Assembly: GCA_024636135.1 (NCBI GenBank) | Contig: JAGXHP010000046.1 | Span: 1 to 43,980 of the forward strand | Source of the DNA: Chloroflexota bacterium | Lineage (GTDB): Bacteria > Chloroflexota > Limnocylindria > QHBO01 | DNA length: 43,980 nt | Direction: 5' to 3' | In this document: one piece after another, positions 26,971 to 35,838 of the stretch | Position numbering within the stretch: position 1 is the stretch's first letter | Layout of the letters: each line of letters opens with the position of its first letter | Translations under genes and position numbers: made by a program | The notes under the pieces: generated by a model | What the model saw: the letters and a program-made list of their open reading frames with translations, nothing else | The model's database searches: none | Told to the model about the DNA's origin: nothing

Positions 26971-28365
26971 GTGCGCCGCCTGATCACCGCCGTGGCCGCC
27001 ATCGCCCTCTCTCTTCCGCTCTCCGTCGCCGGCCCGACGCCGACGGCCGCGAGCACACCGTTCACGGATGTCGCAGACAGCCCATTCATCCATGACATCA
27101 CGTGGGCCTACGAGAACGGGCTCACCGCGGGTTGCACGACGACGGCATTCTGCCCGGGCTCGATGGTCACGCGCGAGCAGATGGCCTCCTTCCTCGACCG
27201 GATGTTCCGGCTCAAGCCGACGTCGCGTGACTATTTCTCGGACGACGCGACCAGCCAGCACCAGGCTGCGATCAATCGGCTTGCCGCGGCGGGCATCACC
27301 GGCGGCTGTGCCGAAGCCCGCTACTGCCCGAGCGCCCGCGTCACACGCGAGCAGATGGCCTCCTTCATCGCCCGGGCCGCGCGCCTGACCATCGGCTCGG
27401 GACGGAACTACTTCGGCGACGACGACGGGCGGTCACACGAGTCGAACATCGACCGTCTCGCCGCCGCGGGGATCGGAAGCGGATGCGGAACGTGGCGCTT
27501 CTGCCCCACGTCTTCGGTGACGCGTGAGCAGATGGCCGCGTTCCTCCACCGAATCGTGGCGCCGCTGCGGCCGCCGCCCTACCCGGCTCCGGCTTCGTCG
27601 GGCGCCGTCGTGCTCGTCGGCGCCGGCGACATTGCGAGCTGCTCAAACGCCACGGACGAGGCCACCGCCAAGCTGCTGGACACGATCGCGGGCACAGTGT
27701 TCACCGCCGGTGACAACGTGTACCTCGATGGCAAGGCCGCGGAGTTCACGAAGTGCTACGGCCCATCGTGGGGGCGACACCGGTCGCGGACACGCCCGGC
27801 CCCCGGCAACCATGACTATCACGTCTCCGGCGCGGCCGGCTACTTCGGGTACTTCGGGGCGGCCGCCGGTCCGGCGGGGCGCGGCTACTACGCCTATGCG
27901 CTCGGTGCTTGGCGCGTGTACAGCCTCAACAGCGACGTGATCACCAGCGCACAGGTCGCGTGGCTGAGGAGTGACCTCGCCGCCCATCCCACCCGCTGCG
28001 TCGTCGCGTATTGGCACCATCCCAGATTCGCCACGTTGAATGACAACGGAAGCCACGGCTCCAATGCCGACACCGAACCTCTGTGGGACGCGCTCGCGGA
28101 CGCCGGCGCTGAGCTGGTGATCAATGGACACAGCCACCACTACGAGCGATTCGGGCCGATCCGCGGCATCACCGAGATCGTCGCGGGCACTGGCGGTGCC
28201 GGGTTGGACGGGTTCTCGAACCGGGTCCTGTCGAACAGTGTCGTCCGCAGCTCGGCCGCCCACGGCGTCGTCAAGCTGAACCTCACGGCGACCGGCTACA
28301 CCGGATCCTTCGTCCCGGTTGCCGGGGCCCGGTTCACCGACTCCTTTAGCGGCTCCTGCCACTGA
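26971..28365 (+). CDS. Secreted protein with three SLH-like repeats and a calcineurin-like metallophosphoesterase domain
   Basis: - Signal peptide after GTG 26971: RRLITAVAAIALSLPLSVAGPTPTAAS. TTG 26965 is an alternative start.
- Three repeats of about 55 aa: F.D....H...I..LA.AGIT.GC....(F/Y)CP...VTREQMA.F..R.
- Metallophosphoesterase motifs: GAGDIASC, GDNVY, PAPGNHDY, YWHHP, NGHSHHYERF. Confidence 0.8.
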   Translation: MRRLITAVAAIALSLPLSVAGPTPTAASTPFTDVADSPFIHDITWAYENGLTAGCTTTAFCPGSMVTREQMASFLDRMFRLKPTSRDYFSDDATSQHQAAINRLAAAGITGGCAEARYCPSARVTREQMASFIARAARLTIGSGRNYFGDDDGRSHESNIDRLAAAGIGSGCGTWRFCPTSSVTREQMAAFLHRIVAPLRPPPYPAPASSGAVVLVGAGDIASCSNATDEATAKLLDTIAGTVFTAGDNVYLDGKAAEFTKCYGPSWGRHRSRTRPAPGNHDYHVSGAAGYFGYFGAAAGPAGRGYYAYALGAWRVYSLNSDVITSAQVAWLRSDLAAHPTRCVVAYWHHPRFATLNDNGSHGSNADTEPLWDALADAGAELVINGHSHHYERFGPIRGITEIVAGTGGAGLDGFSNRVLSNSVVRSSAAHGVVKLNLTATGYTGSFVPVAGARFTDSFSGSCH

Positions 28366-28374
28366 TCCGCAGCC

Positions 28375-28418
28375 TGGAGCCGAGGGTGGGAGTCGAACCC
28401 ACAACCGTCGGTTTACAA
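28375..28418 (-). pseudogene. 3' half of a tRNA gene (anticodon-loop remnant, variable loop, T-arm, acceptor 3' strand, encoded CCA) with no matching 5' half
   Basis: The minus strand reads ...TTGTAAACCGACGGTTGTGGGTTCGACTCCCACCCTCGGCTCCA. The T-arm GTGGG-TTCGACT-CCCAC is canonical. The required 5' acceptor GCCGAGG, a D-arm and the 5' anticodon-stem strand are all absent in the next ~350 nt. Confidence 0.55.
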
Positions 28419-28665
28419 ACTGCGCAGCACCATGTCTACCTGTTCCTTCCCGAGGCGCATTGCATGCTCGAAGGAGCCTGTCGCGAGGGCAATCTGTCCA
28501 CGCAGCCCCTCCCAATGCAGCGCCGCGGGCGTCAGCAGGGGCGTCAATCGGGCATGGCTGGGCGGGGCGGCGTTGTCGGCCGCGGCCTTTCATTCAGTCT
28601 GCACGCCTCGACGGCCAAGTCGCTTGGCAAGCGTGAGCCCAACCCCGACTCCCGCCCTTGCCAAG

Positions 28666-28687
28666 TAGTGGGTAACTAGTGGGTACG
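28666..28687. repeat. Tandem 11-mer TAGTGGGTAAC / TAGTGGGTACG in non-coding DNA downstream of rseP
   Basis: Read directly from the sequence. It is adjacent to a 9-bp inverted repeat, CTTGGCAAG (28623-28631) and CTTGCCAAG (28657-28665). Confidence 0.4.
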
Positions 28688-28690
28688 CGG

Positions 28691-28713
28691 GCCTTTGGCA
28701 CATCGCCCAAGGC
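28691..28713 (-). terminator. Hairpin GCCUUGGGC-5nt-GCCAAAGGC (8 of 9 positions paired) 15 nt downstream of the rseP stop. It has no U-tract.
   Basis: Read directly from the sequence. It is a candidate GC-type terminator or 3' end stabiliser. Confidence 0.3.
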
Positions 28714-28727
28714 CTGACTTCACGCTC

Positions 28728-29855
28728 CTAGCCGCCCCTCACCAGGCGCTGGATGTCCTGGATGCTGATCAGGATCACGAGGGCCAGGAGCACGGCGAAA
28801 CCGGTCAGGTAGATCAGCGCCTCGCGCTCCGCCGGGAGCCGCCGCCGCCGCGCGGACTCCAGCAGGACGACCATGATGCGGCCGCCGTCGAGCGGCGGGA
28901 ATGGCAGCACGTTGAGGACCGCCAGGTTGATCGAGAGCACGCCCATGAACAGCAGCTGGCTGACCAGCGGAGCCTCGAGCACCCGCCCAGTCTCCTGGGC
29001 GATCCCGATCGGGCCCATGGCGTCGCCGGCGTTGGGGTTGAGGCCGAGCAGGCCACCCACCGCCTCGGCCAGACCACCCGGAATCTGGACGGCGAGCGTC
29101 GCCGCAGCGGTCGTGCCACGGCCGACGGCATCCAGGGGACCCTCCACCGTCGAGGGCTCCTCGACGAGCCGATCGGGCTCATAGGAGAAGCCGACTGGAC
29201 CGATGCCGCGCTGTCGCTCTTCGCGGGTGACCGACCGCGGGATGAGCGACACCGTGACCTCGTCGCCGCCACGCTGCACGGAGAGATCCACCAGGAAGCC
29301 GGCGCGGCCGGCAACGTATTCCGTCAGGTCCGCCGAACGCTCGAACGTCCTTCCATCGGCTCCGAGGATCACGTCGCCCTCGGCCAGCCGGCCCTCGGCG
29401 GGGCTGCTGTCCTGGACGCTGATGACCGTCAGGGGTCCGTGCCCGATCGGGATCGGCAGGCTCAGGGCAACGGCGAACAGACCGGCAGCGAGGATGAAGT
29501 TCATCACGACGCCCGCCAGCAGGACTCCGAGCTGGATCCACAGCGGCTTGCGGTTGAACGCCCCGGCCATTGCGGTGTCGATCTCGGTCGAGGTGAGGCC
29601 CTGCTCGCGGAGGCGTCGGAGCTCGACGTCGCCGTCCTCTCCCAGCATGCGGACGAAGCCGCCGAGGGGGATCCAGTTCAGGCTGTAGCGCGTGCCGCGC
29701 CACATCACCGAGCCGATGCGCGGCGGGAACCCGATTCCGAACTCCTGCACCGTGATTCCGGCGCGCTTGGCCACGAGAAAGTGACCGAGCTCGTGAACGA
29801 GCACGAGGACGACCAACACCGCGAGGAAGGCGGCAACGGTGCCGATGACGTCCAT
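28728..29855 (-). CDS. rseP: RIP metalloprotease RseP (site-2 protease, M50 family with PDZ domain)
   Basis: Contains LVHELGHFLVAKRAGI (HExxH) and NWIPLGGFVRM, a PDZ-like middle region, and C-terminal NLAVLNVLPFPPLDGG. Confidence 0.9.
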   Translation of the reverse strand: MDVIGTVAAFLAVLVVLVLVHELGHFLVAKRAGITVQEFGIGFPPRIGSVMWRGTRYSLNWIPLGGFVRMLGEDGDVELRRLREQGLTSTEIDTAMAGAFNRKPLWIQLGVLLAGVVMNFILAAGLFAVALSLPIPIGHGPLTVISVQDSSPAEGRLAEGDVILGADGRTFERSADLTEYVAGRAGFLVDLSVQRGGDEVTVSLIPRSVTREERQRGIGPVGFSYEPDRLVEEPSTVEGPLDAVGRGTTAAATLAVQIPGGLAEAVGGLLGLNPNAGDAMGPIGIAQETGRVLEAPLVSQLLFMGVLSINLAVLNVLPFPPLDGGRIMVVLLESARRRRLPAEREALIYLTGFAVLLALVILISIQDIQRLVRGG

Positions 29856-31000
29856 CAGGCCCGCGCCGGACCGATATCCGCTCGAAGCTGGGCCCGCACC
29901 TCGCGGTCGAGGCTGTCGATGGCCTCGAGATCGGGCTCCTCATCGGCGCCCCACCGAGCGACGGCCTCGTCGATCGTCGTGGCGATCGCACCGAAGGCGA
30001 TCCGACCTTCAAGGAAGGCCGCGACCGCGATCTCGTCCGCCGCGTTGAGCACGACCCCGCGGTTCCCACCCGCCTCCGCGGCCTCCCGGACGACGCGAAA
30101 GGCCGGGTAGGCCGCGGCGTCGAGCGGGGCGAAGTCGAGGGACGTCCAGTCACTCGGATGCGATCGGCGCGTCGGCGACGGCAGCCGGTCGGGATAGGTC
30201 AGCGCGTACTGGATGGGGAGGCGCATGTCGGGGAGGCCGAGCTGTGCCTTGAATGAGCCGTCGACGAACTCCACGAGGGAGTGCACCACGCTCTGCGGGT
30301 GGATCACGGCATCGATCTTAGGGTACGGGAGCCGATACAGCCATTTGGCCTCGATGACCTCGAACGCCTTGTTCACCAGGGTGGCCGAATCGACGGTGAT
30401 CTTCGGCCCCATCAGCCACGTGGGGTGCGCCAGCGCCTCCGCCGGCGTGACCGCGTCGAGTGATTCCGGTGCGCGATCGCGAAGCGGTCCCCCGCTGGCG
30501 GTCAGCACCAGACGCTCGACATCCTCGATGCGTTCCCCCACCAGGCACTGCCAGATCGCCGAGTGCTCGCTGTCGATCGGGCGCAGGCGATCCAGCGCGT
30601 CCCCGCCGGCGTCATCCACGACCCGCATGACGAGGTGGCCGCCGGTGATCAAGGTCTCCTTGTTGGCGAGTGCCACGCGGCGGCCCGAGCGAAGCGCCGC
30701 CAGGACGGCGGACAGCGCTGCCATCCCGGTGGTGGCGACGACCACGAGATCCACGCCATCGGCGGTGGCGAGAGCCTCGAGGCCGCCGTCGGCCCAGCGA
30801 CCCGGGCTTCGCTGCCGCGCCCGTTCGTCGGCACACCACCAGCGCGCATCGGGCCAGGCGGCAAGCTGGTCGCCGATCAGCGCCCCGTCGTGGCCGCTGG
30901 CCAGTCCGACGACTCGGATCCGGTCAAGGTGGGCCGCGGCCACCTCCAGCGTCTGGGTGCCGATGGAGCCCGTCGAGCCCAGGACGGCGATCCCCGTCAC
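29855..31000 (-). CDS. dxr: 1-deoxy-D-xylulose-5-phosphate reductoisomerase
   Basis: Contains IAVLGSTGSIGTQTLEV, LANKE.LI.GG, DSEHSAIWQCL, LTASGGP and HP.W.MG.KITVDSATL.NK. The GTG start overlaps the cdsA stop. Confidence 0.95.
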   Translation of the reverse strand: MTGIAVLGSTGSIGTQTLEVAAAHLDRIRVVGLASGHDGALIGDQLAAWPDARWWCADERARQRSPGRWADGGLEALATADGVDLVVVATTGMAALSAVLAALRSGRRVALANKETLITGGHLVMRVVDDAGGDALDRLRPIDSEHSAIWQCLVGERIEDVERLVLTASGGPLRDRAPESLDAVTPAEALAHPTWLMGPKITVDSATLVNKAFEVIEAKWLYRLPYPKIDAVIHPQSVVHSLVEFVDGSFKAQLGLPDMRLPIQYALTYPDRLPSPTRRSHPSDWTSLDFAPLDAAAYPAFRVVREAAEAGGNRGVVLNAADEIAVAAFLEGRIAFGAIATTIDEAVARWGADEEPDLEAIDSLDREVRAQLRADIGPARA

Positions 31001-31896
31001 GCCACCCGCCCGGCGACGAGGAGGGCGTAGCCGGCGAGGACCGGCGCGGCGAACAGTAGTGAGTCCATTCGGTCGAGGATCCCGCCATGGCCCGGCACCA
31101 GGAATCCCGATTCCTTCCGACCCGCCGCCCGTTTGATCATCGACTCCGCGAGATCACCAGCCTGGGCCGCCAGTCCCACGAGCGGTCCGATCACGAGGGG
31201 ATGCCACGCGTCGAGCCCGAGGACGAGTGCGCCGATGCCGGCGCCCAAGGTGGCCACGACCAGGCCGCCCGTGAGCCCCTCGATCGTCTTTGACGGACTG
31301 ATGTGGTCGAGCATATGTCGCCGCCCGAGCCACCGCCCGGTCAGGTACGCGCCGGTGTCGTAGCCCCACACCACGAGCAGCAGCATCAGGCCCCAGGCGG
31401 GGCCCGAGGCGATGCCGAAGGGGCCCACGGGTGAGGTCGCCGACGCGCCCGGCGGCGAGAGGTGGGCGACGAGGGCGATGGTCGGCAGGAGCAGCCCCAC
31501 GTACGCGAGGCCGAACGAGGTGGTGGCCCAGGTCATGAAGCCGGTCCGAGGATCGGCGCGCGTGAACGCGGCAACGCTCACGAGGAGCACGGCTGCCACG
31601 GCCGTCGCCGCGACGAGGCCCGGTGGATCGAGGGCGCCGAGCAGCGTTGCGACGCCCCCGCCCATGCTTGCTTCGTTGATCGAGATCAGCCCGGCGGCGA
31701 TGAGGCTCATGCCCGCCAGAATGGTCAGCACCTGCGGCGGATGGTAGTCCGCGGCGTCGAGCAGCCCGACGAGCTCGACCAAAGCGAGGAACCCGGCGAC
31801 GCCGAGCAGCAGGGAGAGCCATGGCTCGCCGAGCAGCACGATTGCCAGGATCACCGGCGCGAGGACGGCCGCGGTCAGCAGCCGCGTTCTCAGCAT
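30997..31896 (-). CDS. cdsA: Phosphatidate cytidylyltransferase
   Basis: Polytopic membrane protein with the C-terminal signature SMIKRAAGRKESGFLVPGHGGILDRMDSLLFAAP. Confidence 0.9.
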   Translation of the reverse strand: MLRTRLLTAAVLAPVILAIVLLGEPWLSLLLGVAGFLALVELVGLLDAADYHPPQVLTILAGMSLIAAGLISINEASMGGGVATLLGALDPPGLVAATAVAAVLLVSVAAFTRADPRTGFMTWATTSFGLAYVGLLLPTIALVAHLSPPGASATSPVGPFGIASGPAWGLMLLLVVWGYDTGAYLTGRWLGRRHMLDHISPSKTIEGLTGGLVVATLGAGIGALVLGLDAWHPLVIGPLVGLAAQAGDLAESMIKRAAGRKESGFLVPGHGGILDRMDSLLFAAPVLAGYALLVAGRVA

Positions 31897-31904
31897 CGAG
31901 TCAC

Positions 31905-32597
31905 CTACCCACCGAAGCGCCGGTCGCGGCGCACGTACTCGGCCAGCGCCGCGTCGAAGTCGTCATCGGTGAAGTCCGGCCAGTACTTCGGGCAGAAGAT
32001 GAGCTCGGCGTACGCCGCCTGCCAGAGCAGGAAGTTGCTGGTTCGCTGGTCGCCTCCGGTTCGGATGACGAGGTCGACCTGGGGCTGCCCCGCGGTGTAG
32101 AGGTGCTCCGCGAAATGCTCTTCGTCGATCGCGGAAGGGTCGACCTGCGCGGCCATCATGGCGCGCGCCGCGTCGACGATCTCCGCTCGGCCGGAATAGT
32201 TGAAGCAGATGTTCAGCGTCAGCCGAGACCCGGCGGCGGTCCGCTCCTCCGCCGCGCGGATCGAACGCTGGACGTCGGACGGAGCCTCGTGCAGGCGGCC
32301 GATGACCCGGACGCGCACGTCCTCGGCGATGAGCTCATCGGTGTACTGGCGGACGGCACCGTCGATCAGGCCGAAGAGGCCGGTCACCTCGTCCTGTGGT
32401 CGACTCCAGTTCTCCGTGCTGAACGTGTAGACCGATAACGTCTCCACGCCGGCATCGCGTGCCCGACGGACCACGGGCCGGATGGCCTCGACGCCCTGGA
32501 TATGCCCGGCGAGCACCGGCAGGCCGCGTTCACGGGCCCAGCGCCGATTCCCGTCGGCGATGATGGCGACGTGCCGGGGTCGGACCTCGTCCGGCAC
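31905..32597 (-). CDS. uppS: Isoprenyl transferase (undecaprenyl/decaprenyl diphosphate synthase family)
   Basis: Contains PRHVAIIADGNRRWARERGL, FSTENW.RP..EV, NYSGRAEIV, IRTGG..R.SNFLLWQ.AY.E and RR.RRFGG. Confidence 0.92.
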   Translation of the reverse strand: MPDEVRPRHVAIIADGNRRWARERGLPVLAGHIQGVEAIRPVVRRARDAGVETLSVYTFSTENWSRPQDEVTGLFGLIDGAVRQYTDELIAEDVRVRVIGRLHEAPSDVQRSIRAAEERTAAGSRLTLNICFNYSGRAEIVDAARAMMAAQVDPSAIDEEHFAEHLYTAGQPQVDLVIRTGGDQRTSNFLLWQAAYAELIFCPKYWPDFTDDDFDAALAEYVRRDRRFGG

Positions 32598-32600
32598 CGG

Positions 32601-33158
32601 TCAGACCTCCAGGATCTCGGCTTCCTTGCGCTCGGACCGCGCGTCGATGACCTCAACGTGGCGATCCGTGAGCTTCTGGAGCGCGTCGAGCTCGCGATGT
32701 TCCTCGTCCTCGGACAGGTCGCTATCGCGGAGCGCCTTCTTCAGCGCATCGGCAGCCTCGCGTCGATGGTTGCGGACTTCGACCCGGGCCTCCTCGGCAC
32801 GCCGGCGAACCTGCTTCACCATCTCCTTGCGACGATCCTCGGTGAGCGGCGGCACGTTGAGACGCACCACCGTGCCGTCGACGTTCGGCATCAGGCCGAT
32901 GTCACTCTTGGTTATGGCCTTCTCGATCGCGGACAGGACGGAACGGTCCCAGGGCTGGATGACGATGAGGTGCGCGTCGGGCGTGCTGATGCCCGCGACC
33001 TGGTTCAGCGGCGTCTGGGCGCCGTAATAGTCGACCGTGATGCGCTCGACGAGCGCCGTGGAGGCGCGGCCCGTGCGAATCCCGGAGAAATCTCGTTCCA
33101 TGGCCTCGATCGCCCGCTGCATCTTGGGTTCGATCTCGATCAGCGCTTCGTGCGTCAT
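32601..33158 (-). CDS. frr: Ribosome recycling factor
   Basis: Contains M......F..IRTGRAS..L...I.VDYYG..TPLNQ.A.IS.PDA....I.PWD...L..IEKAI..SD.G..P..DG..VRL..P.LTE.RR. Confidence 0.95.
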   Translation of the reverse strand: MTHEALIEIEPKMQRAIEAMERDFSGIRTGRASTALVERITVDYYGAQTPLNQVAGISTPDAHLIVIQPWDRSVLSAIEKAITKSDIGLMPNVDGTVVRLNVPPLTEDRRKEMVKQVRRRAEEARVEVRNHRREAADALKKALRDSDLSEDEEHRELDALQKLTDRHVEVIDARSERKEAEILEV

Positions 33159-33162
33159 CGGT

Positions 33163-33903
33163 TCACTCTCCTGAGATCAGCGTGCCGATTCTCTCGCCGG
33201 CGATCGCGCGGGTGATGTTTCCCGGGACCGTCATGTCGAAGACGACGATCGGCATCTCGTTGTCCATCGCCAGGCTCACGGCGGTCGCATCCAGCGCCTG
33301 GAGTCGGTTGCTCAGCAGGTCGGTATAGCCGATCTGGCTGTAACGCCGGGCATCGGGATGCGTCTCGGGGTCGGCATCGTACACCCCGTCGACGCGGGTC
33401 GCCTTGAGGATGACCTGCGCATGGACCTCGACCGCGCGCAGCGTCGCGGCGGTGTCCGTCGTGAAGTACGGGTTGCCGGTCCCCGCCACCATGACCACTA
33501 CGCGGCCCTTTTCGAGGTGACGTTCCGCGCGACGGCGAATGTAGGGCTCGCAGATCTCGTTCATGGCGATCGCGCTCATCACCCGCGTGGGGCACTTTGC
33601 CTGCTCCAGGGCGTCCTGGATCGCCAGGCCGTTCATGACGGTCGCCAGCATTCCCATGTAGTCGCCGGTGGAGCGATCCATGCCCCGCGCGCTGGCCGCG
33701 AGCCCTCGGAAGATGTTTCCCCCGCCGACCACGACCGCGATCTCGGTGCCGTCGGACTTGGCGGCGGCGATCTGCCCCGCGATGCCGCGCACGATCTCGG
33801 GGTCGATCCCGTACTCGTGCTCACCCATCAGCGCCTCGCCGGACAGCTTCAGGAGCACCCGGCGGCGTGACGGACCCTTCGCAGCCTGCCCAGCATCGGC
33901 CAC
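33163..33903 (-). CDS. pyrH: UMP kinase
   Basis: Contains [46 protein letters not shown] and [23 protein letters not shown]. The start is set at GTG 33903, 2 nt after the tsf stop and preceded by GAGGAGG. The track extension to 34077 overlaps tsf. Confidence 0.92.
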   Translation of the reverse strand: MADAGQAAKGPSRRRVLLKLSGEALMGEHEYGIDPEIVRGIAGQIAAAKSDGTEIAVVVGGGNIFRGLAASARGMDRSTGDYMGMLATVMNGLAIQDALEQAKCPTRVMSAIAMNEICEPYIRRRAERHLEKGRVVVMVAGTGNPYFTTDTAATLRAVEVHAQVILKATRVDGVYDADPETHPDARRYSQIGYTDLLSNRLQALDATAVSLAMDNEMPIVVFDMTVPGNITRAIAGERIGTLISGE

Positions 33904-33905
33904 CG

Positions 33906-34538
33906 TCAGGCGGCCTCCTCGGTCTCGGGCCCGGTCGTCTCCCCAACGCCCATGCGGACGAAGCGCGCGACCCGGATGTTCTCGCCGAGCAACGCAACCT
34001 TCTCGGTGATCAGGTCGGACATGCGTCGGTCGGTGTCGCGGTACGGCTGCTCGAGCAGGCAGACCGACTCCAGCCACTTGTTCAGCTTGCCTTCCACGAT
34101 CATCGGGATGCGGTCCGCCGGGCGGCCGTCGCGTTCAGCATCGACGGCGAAGAGCCGCTTCTGCTCCTCGAGGATCTCCGCCGGGACGTCGTCGCGGCTC
34201 ACGTACTGCGGGGCCATTCCGGCGACCTGCATCGCGATCTCACGCGCGAGCTGCTGGAAGTCCTCGGTGCGCGCCACGAAATCGGTCTCGCAGTTGAGCT
34301 CGAGCAGCACGCCGAGACGCGAACCATGGTGGATGTAGCTCGTGACGATCCCCTCGCGGGCATCGCGTCCGGCCTTCTTGGCCGCGGTCGAAAGGCCCTT
34401 CTCGCGCAGGGCAAGCACGGCCTTCTCGTAGTCCCCGTCCGACTCGGTGAGGGCGCGCTTACAGTCCATGATGCCGGCGCCGGTCTGCTCGCGCAGCCGC
34501 TTCACGTCCTCGGGCTTGATCATCAATGTGTTCGTCAT
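33906..34538 (-). CDS. tsf: Elongation factor Ts (short form, 210 aa)
   Basis: Contains [23 protein letters not shown]...LREKG...A.KKAGR.A.EG and [18 protein letters not shown]. Confidence 0.92.
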   Translation of the reverse strand: MTNTLMIKPEDVKRLREQTGAGIMDCKRALTESDGDYEKAVLALREKGLSTAAKKAGRDAREGIVTSYIHHGSRLGVLLELNCETDFVARTEDFQQLAREIAMQVAGMAPQYVSRDDVPAEILEEQKRLFAVDAERDGRPADRIPMIVEGKLNKWLESVCLLEQPYRDTDRRMSDLITEKVALLGENIRVARFVRMGVGETTGPETEEAA

Positions 34539-34555
34539 GTCCCTTCCCCCGCCGG

Positions 34556-35512
34556 CTACGGGCGGGGCTCCTCTTTCTTGGTCAGCTCGTCGATCTGGCG
34601 CTCGTGCTCGCGATCGGGGTTGTGCTCGGGCTCGCCCTCTTCGAGGTGGGCAGCTCGTCGGGCGCGTGCCTTTCGCTCCTCTTCCTCGTCGTCCTCGGGC
34701 TCCGGCTCGAAGACCAGGGCCTCACCGGTGGCGAGGGCCGCGGTGTAATCGGCCTCCGAACCGAGCGCGGTGTCGTCCACCGGCGGCATGGCCTCGGCCT
34801 GCTCGAACTCCTCGTCGAGCTTCGCCTGGCGCTCCTGCTGGGCGACGCTCGCCGCATCGGAAACCAGCGCGCAGATCAGCCGCACGGAGCGAATCGCGTC
34901 GTCGTTGGCGGGAATGACCCAATCGATGAGATCCGGATCGCAGTTGGTGTCGGTCATCGCGACGATCGGGATCTCCAGGCGGCGTGCTTCGGCGACCGCG
35001 ATCTCCTCCCGATGGGGGTCGACGATGAAGACGGCCCCGGGCAATCGGCGCATCTTGCGGATTCCACCGAGCACCGAGTTGAGCTTGTTGATCTCCTCGG
35101 TGAGCTTCGAGGCTTCCTTCTTGGTCAGGCGCTCGAACTCGCCAGCGTCGCGACGTGCCTCGAGCGCCTCGAGGCGCTGAATCCGGCGCTTGATCGTGGT
35201 GAAGTTCGTGAGCATCCCGCCGAGCCAGCGGGTGTTGACGAAGTGCTGGCCGGAGCGGGTGGCCGCTTCCGACAGCGCGTCCTGCGCCTGCTTCTTCGTC
35301 CCGACGAAGAGCACGCTGTCGCCGCGCCGCACGGTCTCGCGAACGAACTCGAGCGCGGCTTCGAGGCGCGAGACGGTCTGGGCCAGGTCGATGATGTGGA
35401 TCCCGTTCCGCTCGGCGAAGATGTACTCGCGCATCTTCGGATTCCAGCGGCGGGTCTGGTGCCCGAAGTGGACGCCCGCTTCGAGCAGCTGCTTCATGCT
35501 GGTGGCAGCCAA
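34556..35512 (-). CDS. rpsB: 30S ribosomal protein S2, with a C-terminal acidic extension of about 70 aa
   Basis: Contains [40 protein letters not shown] and [10 protein letters not shown]. The apparent start is TTG at 35512, with GGAGGT 6 nt upstream; ATG 35497 is an alternative. The tail is [15 protein letters not shown]... Confidence 0.93.
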   Translation of the reverse strand: MAATSMKQLLEAGVHFGHQTRRWNPKMREYIFAERNGIHIIDLAQTVSRLEAALEFVRETVRRGDSVLFVGTKKQAQDALSEAATRSGQHFVNTRWLGGMLTNFTTIKRRIQRLEALEARRDAGEFERLTKKEASKLTEEINKLNSVLGGIRKMRRLPGAVFIVDPHREEIAVAEARRLEIPIVAMTDTNCDPDLIDWVIPANDDAIRSVRLICALVSDAASVAQQERQAKLDEEFEQAEAMPPVDDTALGSEADYTAALATGEALVFEPEPEDDEEEERKARARRAAHLEEGEPEHNPDREHERQIDELTKKEEPRP

Positions 35513-35838
35513 GAGATACCTCCGGTTCGTTCCTCCGCCCGACCTCGACTCCCGAGGTCAACCTCTCCGCGGAGCGTGGCTCCGTCCGAGGCACCGACGA
35601 CCAGTCAGGATCAGCCGGGCGTGTGAGATGGGTCCCGTGCGGCTGCACGAGGAATCGAGTATAGCAGAGGTGGCTCCATTATCCCGACTCCCCTCGGGTC
35701 GCCCGGAGTGCGCAGACCGCACCACACGGTACCGAAGTACTCCCTCGCCATCCGCAGGTACCTTGACCCTCCCGGGATCGGTCCTAGCATCCGCCCGCAT
35801 CGTGAGACGAGGAGTCGAGCAGGTCGCTCCACGTCACA

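Noticed and set aside
28375-28727. Possible tmRNA (ssrA) on the minus strand. A tRNA-like 3' end is followed upstream by about 350 nt of non-coding DNA, which is about the right size.
   Set aside because: - The 5' end does not supply a complementary acceptor strand. The best candidate, GGGGCGG, lies inside rseP and mispairs.
- There is no UUCGACG-type 5' element.
- No frame has a short tag ORF ending in ...(A/V)AA-stop.
- The sequence upstream of the T-arm looks like an anticodon arm remnant rather than a tmRNA pseudoknot region.
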